Below, piece after piece: positions 1-13,328 of a DNA stretch of 64,000 bases (position 1 is its first letter; each line of letters starts with the position of its first letter). This stretch comes from Entomortierella parvispora E1425. Taxonomy: Eukaryota > Fungi > Mortierellomycota. The notes under the pieces are model-generated. The model searched no databases and was not told the DNA's origin. It worked only from the letters and a program-made list of their open reading frames with translations. Made by a program: the position numbers and the translations under genes. Location: contig BQFW01000015.1 in NCBI GenBank assembly GCA_020891255.1, positions 2,294,001 through 2,358,000 on the forward strand, given 5' to 3'.

Positions 1-1755
1 GGGGGAGAAGCGGCAGCGCGGCATAGATAGGAAGCGCCAGAAGCTCCTCAACCCCTTGAGAGGGGTGGTGCAGCTGAAGAACTTCCTTGAGAACATAACG
101 CAGAAGGTTGATCGCAAAGGCCAAAAGCGCAATTCCCAGCAACAGTTTGCCAAAGATCAGCTTATGGATGACAAGCAACTGCTTCTGAATCAAACTCTTG
201 GGTCGTGGAGTGGGGTCCAGCGCTACATGCAGGATGCTCTCTAAAGGCGTTTCCAGAACCTCAAAGGTATACCGCCCTTGAAATGCATTATGCTGTCGTT
301 GTATCTCTCCTGGGGGAAGACTTTTGAACAGATCGGGCTGAAACGTCTCCTTCTTGTTGAGGAAAAACTCGCGAGATTTCCCGTGTTGAAAGTGATGGTG
401 GTGATGTTTGTGATGATGGTGGTGGTGACCATTGCGAGGCGAGTTGGGATGTTCAATGTCGTGAAGCGACAGCATACAGAGGACTCTACAGGGAGCCACA
501 TCACCATGGACCATTTCGATCAGGTCGCCTTTGACTATGAGGTTGCTGGGCAGAGTTCTAACAACGCCTGATCGAATGACTCGAACGGTGCTCACAGAAG
601 GGATGGAGGGAATTTTGAGTTCCTAGAATACGATGAAGTCTGTCAGATCCTGAACGTCATTGTCATGCGGCATATTCAGTATTCGGTCCTCAGGCTTACC
701 TGTCCTGGTTGAAGGCGAATGTTCTCCAGTTCGGCAATGATGCCTTTGACACGGTCCTTGACCTCGCGTCCTCGCAGCTGCAGCTCCCTCCTGTTCATGT
801 ATGCATTCCAGACAAAGATTGCGGCCAGTATCGCTACTTCCACGATCGTTCCAACAAGACGCGACTGGCGTGGCGAGGCGTTGAGGGTGCCATAAATGTA
901 AAATACGAGAAGGCACAGGATTGCGACCACTGTGGCGATGGAGGAGAATGCAGTGATATAATGCACAAAGTCTATTTGTCCATGGACACAAAAGAGAGAG
1001 AAATGGAGATGAGGGTCTGGTCCGTGGCAAGGTTCATCATGCGTGATCAGAGTGGTTCTTTTCATACGTTCCATGCTCGTAGCTCGGGTGTGGTACTGCT
1101 CCAACACGACGGCAGCCACATCTATCAGTTTCCTGGGATCATCAAAGGGGGAGAGAGGGGGTGAGGCAGTTACAAAACAAAGGCAAGTTAGTGCACCATC
1201 CCTGGCACAGCGTTATAGCTGGTCAATGCGCATCCTGTGTTGCCATGGAAAATATCCCTACGTGATGGCCTCGTCGGTCGTTAATCCGGAGAAGGATCCT
1301 TCTAGTTCGTTCATGGCGACGGTGATCTCCTGCACCCCTCTCTCAAGATCGTCATCCTCAGAGTGGCGGGGAAGCTGCATCGAGGGGCGATTTGTGATAT
1401 CATCTAGGAGCACCGGTTCATCCGACGCATGGGTCTTGATCTTTCTCTGCTGCTTTGCGCTGTGGTGGCGGTTGTGTCCTCCGCTGACAGAGTTGACAGA
1501 GTTGGTAGGCGTGAGCTGTTCAGAGGAAAGCGTAGCGTATTCCTGCGTCGGTGTACGATCGATCCTTGTCATGGGTATAGTCTCTACTAAAGTGGACGGT
1601 TGGCCCGCAGGCCCTTCGGGCGGGAATGAGGGGTCATTGACGAGCTGCTCCATTGGCATGGGTTCGACATCCAGTGTCTGTGCGGAGGTTGGCTGCAAAG
1701 GGGGGAAAGACTGTGGCGATGACTGGTGCTCCGGCGAGGCTTTGTTTGGGTTCAT
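1..1755 (-). CDS. TMEM94: TMEM94-like (P-type-ATPase-related ER membrane protein), 5' part; gene continues beyond window start
   Basis: Spliced exons (introns 1133-1261 and 623-699, GT-AG) give ...GLTTDEAITKLIDV...RRELQLRGREVKDRVKGIIAEL...VRTLPSNLIVKGDLIEM...FEVLETPLE. These match recalled TMEM94 motifs GLSTRKAL, RQDRLKRREVERRLRGIIDQI, LPVSLLVEGDII and FRVLETPV. Confidence 0.8.
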
Positions 1756-1830
1756 TTTCCTTCAGCTGGTTGCGTCCATTGGATGGGAGGAGGGACAGTA
1801 GCGTGGTTGGGAAAGCGGAATGGCACAGAT

Positions 1831-1970
1831 GGAGTAGAGAGGAGTAGAGAGGAGAGGAGACGAGTAGAGAGGAGAGGAGAGGAGTAGAGAGGAGAGGAGA
1901 GGAGAGGAGAGGAGAGGAGAGGAGAGGAGAGGAGAGGAGAGGAGAGGAGAGGAGAGGAGAGGGAAGGAGA
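1831..1970. repeat. (GGAGA)n pentanucleotide microsatellite, followed by a short (GAAT)n run
   Basis: Seen directly: about 28 pentamer units, perfect over 1891-1960. It lies in the divergent intergenic region between the TMEM94-like and BRE genes. Confidence 0.95.
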
Positions 1971-2373
1971 GCGAATGAAATGAATGAATGAATGAATGAA
2001 TGGAGACATTCTTTGGGTTTTCTGGTCCTCTTTTCCTTTGTTGCCCTGCAGACGGACGGACAGGACAGACGGACAGACGGCACACCTTAAAGCGTTAAGG
2101 GGCCATGCGACCTTTGGCGGGTCACTCAGTCAGTCCCGCACGCGGCAAAGACAGCCAGAGTGAGCGAATGAATGAATGAAGGCTGTTGCACAACGCGCTT
2201 GCTTGCATGCCTTGGCTTTTTCTTTTTCTTTTTCTTCCTCGTCTTCCCTCTCCTGAATCCCATCTTGGCATCTGCCCCATCCTCTACCCGCTTCCTTCTC
2301 CTCTATCAACCCCCCCTCCCTCGGCCGCATCCTCGGCACAGAAACAGGACATTGGCTCATCCAGTCTAGCACG

Positions 2374-4264
2374 ATGACTGTATACTCCACCAGCAAAGGC
2401 TCGCACTACCTTATGAGCCAGACGCTCAGTCAGTCCATCCAATATCTGGGTGAGAACGCGACCATGAACCTCTTCTCGGTCAAGAACGTCAACCTTGGAT
2501 CATCCCAGACTGTCTTTAACCCGGATGGAAGGCCCATCGCCGACACTGTTCAGCTATCGATGCGATCCAGCAGTATTGGGAGCAACTCAGTTGACTGTAT
2601 GTAGCTCTTGGTCTCAACCGTTAATTCTGTCTGCTCCATACTGCTCAGCTGTACCCCAGTTCACTAAACCTGCCTGCCTTACGTCAATCATCTCTGCAGT
2701 ACAGTTCTTTTACGATCCATACGACTGGTCATTCCCCCCAGACTTGATCATAAATGGACAATTGATCAAGCCCTCCCTTCAAGACTTGGGACTGGACGAT
2801 TCATGGGACAAGAATGACCCTGCAAACTTGAGCAGTGTCTTGGGAAAACTTTCGAGGATGATGCAGGCAAGTCAACCTTGTTTAGATGATACTGTTACTT
2901 TTACTCTGGGAAAATACTAAATCTACCTTTCTTTTACATGTAGCATGGCGAAAGAGAACGTGTAGCGCATTGTGAGAACGAGCGGATACAGGTCGAATAC
3001 AGCTGCTTGCATGATATGACCGTAGGACCACACTGGGATCAAGCTTTTCTGTACTTCATATTGGACAGTTTTACAGGACTGACCCATTCACTACTGGACC
3101 ATGCCGTGTATAGGAAATGGATTGCTGTCTGATTCCGGGAGTCGACGGACCTACCAAGGTAACTCTAGAGCCCCATAGAACAGAAGAGCATGAGATGATA
3201 GTCTCCCATATCTAACTTTTTATAACGGGTCATTGTACTTTTCAGGTCCTGTTTGCAGTTCCCTTCCATGTACCCTACACTCAGGAGGGAAAGAAGCGCC
3301 GTCTCAAGGTGGTGGCCAAAATCCAATATTTTATCAGTTCACTGATGCCGAACGATGTCAGCAATGCCAAGAGTAGACTCGAAACTCTCTCGTCATTTGA
3401 ATACCCGGAGATTCTGGAAGCGGTATGTCCTATACTGTCTCCAGCTACGCTGTGTCCTTTGCGGACGATATTCCACACGGTGAAAGCTAATGCTCCAGCT
3501 CTACTGCCTGATTTTAGATACCCGACATTGGGCAACAGGAACACATTGTGGATTTTGTGGAACGAGTTACGAGAAAAGTCAGTGATCACTTCCAAAGAAA
3601 AGAAAAGCTGGGCCAGATGAAGAAAGAGTTTATCGAGGCCACTATCAAGACCTTCCGACCGTATGTTGCGGCCCATGTAACATGTCCTTGGATATTTGCA
3701 CTTCATTCTCATTGCCGACTCTTTCCTCTTCAAATCTAGATGCCTTATCGAATACGATGACGAGGATTACAAACAGGCCTCATTTTTACTGATTGTGCCC
3801 AAGGAAGGTCGAGGGGATCAAGGCTCTACGGCGATCGCAACCTGTAACGTAATCTGCATTGTGGTCAATGATCTGTAAAGAATTGTTTTACTGACAACTA
3901 CTGTTTTCTTCATCTTTTCCTTTCATAGTCAGCTTGCCTGATGCCTTCCCGGACGAATACCCGAAGGTGACTTTGAGTTCCCCATATATGCCCTTTGACT
4001 CTTTCTTGTCTCCACCGGCACCCGAGTCCATCAAGATTGAGAAATATAGCCCGCGCTGGGGCGTGGATCGAATGATTACAGAAATCTGGTAAGGCCTGGC
4101 CCTTTTTTTTTTTTTTTTTTTTGCTCTGGTCTCAAGGGTCTTGTACCTGTTGCAGTCGGATAAACTGACCCCTTTCCTGGTCACATAGGGAGCAGCTCTG
4201 GTTTGAAATTCCTCGCTTCCATAATCGATCCTACAAGGCCTCCATTGCACCAACGATCCATTAA
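2374..4264 (+). CDS. BRE: BRE/BRCC45 (BABAM2) homolog, BRISC/BRCA1-A complex subunit with UEV folds
   Basis: Multi-exon reconstruction gives QFFYDPYDWSFPPDLII, WDKNDPANL, ERIQVEYSCL, IPDIGQQEHIVDFVERV, CLIEYDDEDY, LPDAFPDEYPKVTL and KYSPRWGVDRM. These parallel recalled BRE motifs (PELPPDFIF, WNPSNP, VVEYDAE, LPLFFPRDQPTLT, YSPRWD). Confidence 0.8.
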
Positions 4265-4340
4265 CAGCAGCCATTAAAAAGTACAATTTTATGAAATTTA
4301 CGGATAATATGATAACTATGAGGTGAATCAACTCATTTTT

Positions 4341-7465
<3,125 letters not shown>

Positions 7466-7755
7466 TCCGGACCACCTGGAGTTGCAGCAAAAGGTAGAAT
7501 GGAAGCGAGGACAAAAGAAGGGGAGGGGGGGGGGGGAAAGAAAAAAGAAATAAGAAAAATCGGTTGTAGAAGGTGTAGAATGAGCTATGTAGACTGGTAC
7601 ACTAGGCAAGGAAGAACAGGGAATGCAACCAACAGAAAAGGCCGACAAGAGGGAAGACGAGTTGAAAGAATGAGAAGAATGAATGAAATGCTGAAAGAGC
7701 GAATGCGAATGAGAGATAAGGGGAAGGAGAGGAGAGGAGAGAGGGGAACAGAGGT

Positions 7756-7796
7756 GTGGAGCGTGGCAAAGACCGTGCAGAGAGGGGTGACGGAGC
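7756..7796 (+). repeat. 41-bp direct repeat, copy 1
   Basis: gtggagcgtggcaaagaccgtgcagagaggggtgacggagc; 36/41 identical to 8960-9000. Confidence 0.85.
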
Positions 7797-8118
7797 AGAG
7801 AGCGTGCTGCACCCCTGACAGCCTGACTTGACGGACCGACCAACCAACCACCACGACAGACAAACAAGACCGACAAACACAAACACAGACAGACAGACAA
7901 GACAAGACAAGACGGACAGGACAAGACAAAGACAGCCTGTCCGGGTCTGCCTCATGCGGGGTGAAGTCATCGACTCAGTCCTTGCTGCATGTTCGTTCCT
8001 TCCTCGGAGTGCATCATGCAAGCAGGGTTGGTGGCAAACGTCACGTGGGGAAAGAGGTGTGGGGTCATTTAAACTGACCTTGCCCCTTCTGTGTCTTCAC
8101 CCACACTGCACTTCACTG

Positions 8119-8778
8119 ATGGACGATACAACTTCACTCTGGTGTGCTATGTTCTAGCTGGCACATCGTCCACGTTCGCTGTCAAAGTTGGCTCAACGAA
8201 GTCGGTCGGTTTTCTCAGGCTCGCAATCAAAGACAGGATTGAGGAATGTAGAAATGTAGATGCAGACCGGCTCACCCTCTGGAAAGTTTCGATAGCCCTT
8301 TCACTTTTTGATTCTCTCTGGAAATCAGCCTTTCTCTTCTTTCCAGCGAGAATCAAGTTACACAAAACGACCAATCAACTCAAAGAATCAAGAAAGTGAT
8401 TCTCTTGGCCCCGAAGAAAGGAGGCAGGCTACACGCAAGACGATCGACTTGTTATTTCGATGGACAACTTCAAAGAATATCTCGGCCCTGTTTTCTCTTC
8501 GCATGCCAACTTTGCCTTGACTTGGATCAACCCAAATTTCTCTGAGCAAGCCAGGATGAAGGAGTATATTCCCGGAATTGGCGACACAACTGCGGCGTCC
8601 AATTGTGGAAAAAGGGCCGTTCACATCTCTTGACGACTTCTACAAGAAAATCCCTCGTGCCAAAGCTGGCATCAGGAGTTATGAGGTTGACAACCGTGGG
8701 AAGAAATCAGGTTGGCATCCCACCCATTCAAGTAACGGTCTGGAAAGATATCTTTTGTTGCGACAAATAGTGAAGTAG
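8119..8778 (+). pseudogene. Degenerate Crinkler (CRN)-type gene: N-terminal ubiquitin-like domain joined to a CRN C-terminal helix-hairpin-helix-like tail
   Basis: FTLVCYVLAG..FAVKVGSTKSVGFLRLAIKDRI..DADRLTLWKVSI is a CRN N-terminal signature. The tail reads ISMDNFKEYLGPVFSSHA..INPNFSE..IPGIGDTTA/IVEKGPFTSLDDFYKK. The nearest ATG (8119) is out of frame, there is an in-frame TGA at 8397-8399, and a frameshift near 8598. Confidence 0.7.
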
Positions 8779-8959
8779 GCATTGTTAAATGTCGATGGGG
8801 GATCATCAGCTCTTCCTGTAAAAAAAAGAATAAAAAAAATTGAAAAAACGTTGGCTCTGGCGCTATTTTGACTGATAGGTAAGGGAGAACGGGGAAGAAG
8901 ACCAAAGAAAAGTCTAGGAGAGGAAAGAACAGTTGAATGTTGGACAGGAAGACCAAGGA

Positions 8960-9000
8960 GTGGAGCGTGGTAAAGACCATGCAAAGAGGGGTGATGAAGC
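8960..9000 (+). repeat. 41-bp direct repeat, copy 2
   Basis: gtggagcgtggtaaagaccatgcaaagaggggtgatgaagc; differs from copy 1 by 5 transitions. Confidence 0.85.
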
Positions 9001-9288
9001 TGACCGACCAAACAAGACATGCGTTGGTGGCAAAGTGTCTCGTATGAGGAGCAAGAGGGGCAAGAGGGGCAAAGGTGTTTGGGGCTGAGGCCCCGTTGGT
9101 CATTGGGCGATCAGTCTCGGCGCACCGCCACACAGACACACAGGGTTCGTCAGCAAAGTGAGCAGTCGTGCTGTCTTCGCACAGCATGGGCTTGGCATCA
9201 TTTTTGCATCCCTTATTGCAATTGTTTGCCTGCACCACTCTCACTTTCTTTCTTCAACCTACCCCTTCACCCAGCTCATTACTCCACC

Positions 9289-10336
9289 ATGGCGCCGCCA
9301 AAGTCGCGCCTGCTGTACCCTCTGCAGGGTATCGTCTATTTCTTGTCGAACCCCAGCCTCTGGCCCCGGGTGATCCTGCCCTTCTTAATCCTGGTTGTCA
9401 TTACCATCGTCTTGATGGTCGCTGCTTTCACCTACCTCATGCCATGGCAGCACGACTTCTTGACTCGTCACTCATGGCCCAGTGTTCTTGCCTACATGGC
9501 TGCGGTCGTGGCCACTCTTTTGGAAGCCGCTCTGGGTACACTGGTTGCCTACCTCGCTTTGATGCCTTTTTGGGAGGATGCGCTGTTTGATGCTGTCCTC
9601 AGGACCCGAAAACTGGGATATATCATTGAGGCTGCGCATGGAGACTATCGTACCTGCCTCAATGGTGTTCTTGCCGGTATCTACATTATTGCATTCCAGT
9701 CGATTGTTCTTCTTACGTTCCAGGTATCCGGTTTTTTCCTCTTCTTCGTATATTGACATTGGACAATCGTCGCGCTGGCTCCATGGCTAATTCACATCCG
9801 ACTCTTCCCCCCTTTAGGTGGTTTCTCTGATTGTTCTGTTACCGTTGCACGCTGTCCCCGTTGTCGGAACATTCGTGTACTGTTATCTCAACGGCTGGGT
9901 CATGACCTTCAGTAAGCGCATTCACTACGATGTTGAACTGCGAAAGTTCTCTGTGAACCAGTCGAGAAAGTATGCCTGGAAGCACAAAGGCGAATTCTGC
10001 GAGTTTGGATCAGTGGCCGTGTTCCTGGAAATGACACCGGTGCTGAACCTGTTGTTCTTCTGGACTAATGTTGTTGGAGCGGCACTCTGGGTTGCAGATG
10101 AAATTGAGGAGGCGCGGAGACAGGAACGCCTCGCGGCAAACAGAGCAGCAGCCTCGGGTGAATCACACTATGTGACCTTCCACCCCTACGACTCTACCTT
10201 GTCTGGTCTCCCAACCGAGCCACTTCTTGGAGGACATGGCTATAGCCACCCTTCTCAAGCTCAACAGCAGTTCTATGGAACCCAGCAGTCCCAGCAGCAC
10301 CCTCAGCAGCAATATCAAACCACTGGCCGCCGCTAG
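9289..10336 (+). CDS. EI24/CysZ-like multi-pass membrane protein
   Basis: Two exons (intron 9724-9817): YPLQGIVYFLSNPSLW, several hydrophobic helices, LPLHAVPVVGTFVYCYLNGW, and FGSVAVFLEMTPVLNLLFFWTNVVGAALW, typical of the fungal EI24-like family. Confidence 0.7.
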
Positions 10337-10876
10337 GCTGGGAGCATGATGAACCACCAAAATAAACACAATACCCTTAAAGAGCGCACTCATGCTCAAT
10401 TTCAACATCCAAGTCAGTTGCCTTGAGCACAAGCAGCGAACAAAAAAAAATGGATGATTGGGGATAACTTTAACTGGCTTTGAGGTCAACGGGGTGGAGA
10501 AGCCAATTGAAAATAAACAGCTCCGTCCGAGCGACGACCAGACCTGGGTCGCTCGTCTGGGACTCTTGTAAGAGGATGGAATGATAAGACCCCTGTACTG
10601 TTCCTCATCTCCGCAAGCCAGTAACGAGGAGGGGAAAGCACTGAGCCTAGACAGGGGACTCAGCAGGAGAGGTACATCCATGGCGTCCAACAGGGGCCTG
10701 CAAACAATGTCTGGGTCAGACATGGCTGAGTGGCGGACGGAGAAAGAAAAGTGAAAGCGGCCGGACTGCTCTCGCACAATTCACTCTCCACCTTTTTCTT
10801 TTTTTTTAGTTTCTTTCTTCTTTTTTTTCCTCTTCTTTTTTTCCCATCACCCTTTCTCCATCAACCCGCCACAGCA

Positions 10877-12922
10877 ATGTCAAAGACTGCAAGCCCACGG
10901 CCGACCAAGGACACAAAGCCAAAGCGGCCAGCCAAGAAGGCTGCCGCCCCTGTCTTTGCTGGATTCGTCAAGACCTTCCATCTCGAATCATACTTCAAGG
11001 ACGACAGAGGTACAGTCATCATCAGTCATCATCAACATCATCATCATCTCTTGACCTCCTTAATCTTCTCGTCATCATCCGCCTGCCTGCTCGACCTTGG
11101 GAGGTGGAAAGCCTCGGTCGGCACAGGAAGGAGGCACTGGGAATGTTATACTTTTTACTCTTGGAAGAAAACCGAGGAGGTCTCAAAAAGTCGTCCGAGA
11201 GGGGGCAACTGTCCTTGACAACTTTAGGACAACGAGCAAACAGGATAGGGATGAGGACCTGTGCACTAGCAACTGCTTTAGTGTACAAAGTGAAGAAATG
11301 CCCCACTCCTGCATGTGTCCGTGTGTACATTTTTTTATCCATCTCGGAAGAGAAAGAGCGACTCTGCGATCAGGGGCAACAAGCGGATAGTTGCACCTCA
11401 GGGACGCCTATCCTGCGACTCGGCTTTTTGTTTCTCCTCTTATCTCGCTTCCACAGGGCATGGGTGTTGACCCGAATTCCTTGTTACTGTCCCTTTCCGT
11501 GGGAAACAAACTCGATGTAGCTAAAGAAGAACCAGCTCTCTGACTACTTGTGCTGACAATACTACTCGCCTCGTTCAATCAATTAGATCTTGCTTTCAAG
11601 ATTTGCAGCTTTATTCTCTTAGGTTCCGCTTTCGGTGTTCCTCAATTCCGCAAGATGACCAGACTCCAGTACCCAGTCCAAGATGAACTCACCAACCCTG
11701 AAGAGAACTGGTGGAACGCTCGTTACTACAAGGGATGGGATGATCTTTACATTGTGGGCTTTTGGATCGTTGCCTTTACTTTCATCCGTGCCTTCATCAT
11801 GAAGGGTTACTTCAGACCCCTTGGCAAGAGCCTGGGAGTCCGTGGAGAGGCAAAGTTGGAGCGTTTTGAAGAGCAGGGTTATATTATGGTGTACTACATC
11901 ATCTCTTGGTCTGCTGGGATGGTAAGTCTTGATTTTTTTATTTCAATGCTTCACAAAAAAAAATCGAGTGGACTCCAGAGATCAAGAAGGGTGGGTCCGG
12001 TGGACCACAGAAGACGGATCAAAGTTTCTGACTAAGGAAAAAATGCGTTCGAATGGCATCACCTTTAACACTACCTGTCTATTCCCACTCTAGATCTTGA
12101 TGTACAACTCGCCTCACTGGATGAATGTGGACCACTACTGGATCGGGTACCCCCACAACAAGATGACCGGAGCCTTCAAGGCATACTACTTGATCCAGTT
12201 TGGTTTCTGGCTCCAGCAGTTCTATGTTGTCAACTGTGATATGAAGCGCAAGGATTACATCGCTATGGTGGCCCACCACATTATCACCTGCACCCTCATT
12301 GGATGGAGTTACTCATGCCACTTGACCCGCATTGGTAACGCTATTCTTGTTGTCATGGACGTCTCTGACGTGTTCCTTGCTGTAAGTCCCGGCGGTTGTT
12401 TTTGCCGCGCTATTCTTTTTATTTTTTTGATGGGGTTGTGTGTCGATCAAAGCTCCCCAATTGCTCACATCCTTCCTGCCTCACGTGATGGACTCTTTTT
12501 TGTCCTTCTAGGTCCCCAAGATGCTCAAGTACATGGGATACACCACCATCTGCGACTACCTCTTTGGTCTCTTTGTCGTTTCCTGGGCCCTCACTCGCCA
12601 TTACCTCTTCCCCATCATTATCAAGTCTCTCTACTATGGACCCCAGAAGTTCACAGATATGCAGTGGGCTCCTGAGCAGGACAAGTACATGAGCTTGAAC
12701 GTTCAGCGTGGATTCTTGGCCCTTCTCTATGGATTGGAGGCTGTTCTTTGCTTCTGGTTCCTCATGATCTTCAAGGTCATCTACAAGATGTTCAAGGGTG
12801 GCGCTGCTGATGACCACCGCAGCCACGATGAGGACTCTGGTGCGGAGGATGTTGTCGAGCCAGTGGAGAAGCTTTCTGTCAAGGCTGCCGCTGCCAATGG
12901 CGAGAAGGTCAAGTCTGACTAA
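10877..12922 (+). CDS. LAG1: Ceramide synthase (LAG1/LAC1 family, TLC domain)
   Basis: YYKGWDDLYIVGFWIV, KLERFEEQGY, KAYYLIQFGFW, Lag1 motif RKDYIAMVAHHIITCTL..RIGNAILVVMDVSDVFLA, and an acidic tail DDHRSHDED. Confidence 0.92.
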
Positions 12923-13328
12923 GCGTTCATATCGCTCTGAAAAATGAGATGAAGCAGAATGTAATTTCAATGTCTGCAGTTTGGACAAAGACTTTTCTGT
13001 TTTCATCTCGCTCATCCACCTCACCTAAACCCACCCTTTATATCCCTTTTGCCTTCTTCTCTCGCTTTTCTTTGCAAAATAAATTGTCCCTATTCATTAA
13101 ATACGTCCATTTGCGCTCGTGTCCCCGCGCACACCCTAGGCTCTAACACCGTGGGTCCAAGCTGGGCCAAGACGAGAACGGTGGACACAAGGAGAGAAGG
13201 CAGTCGCTCCGAGTGCGCGGTGACACGAATTGGAGAAACCTAAAAAAATAAAAAAAATGAGAACCACAAAATTCGCCTGCAGACACCTCTTTCTTTTTTC
13301 ATCTTCCAACCACAAAACACATTCAGCA

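Noticed and set aside
1634-2085. ORFs with repeated SSPLL translated from the microsatellite
   Set aside because: They are artefacts of the stop-free (TCTCC)n repeat and show no coding signal.
2085-2100. Small inverted repeat ccttaa-agcg-ttaagg
   Set aside because: A 6-bp stem is expected by chance in 64 kb.
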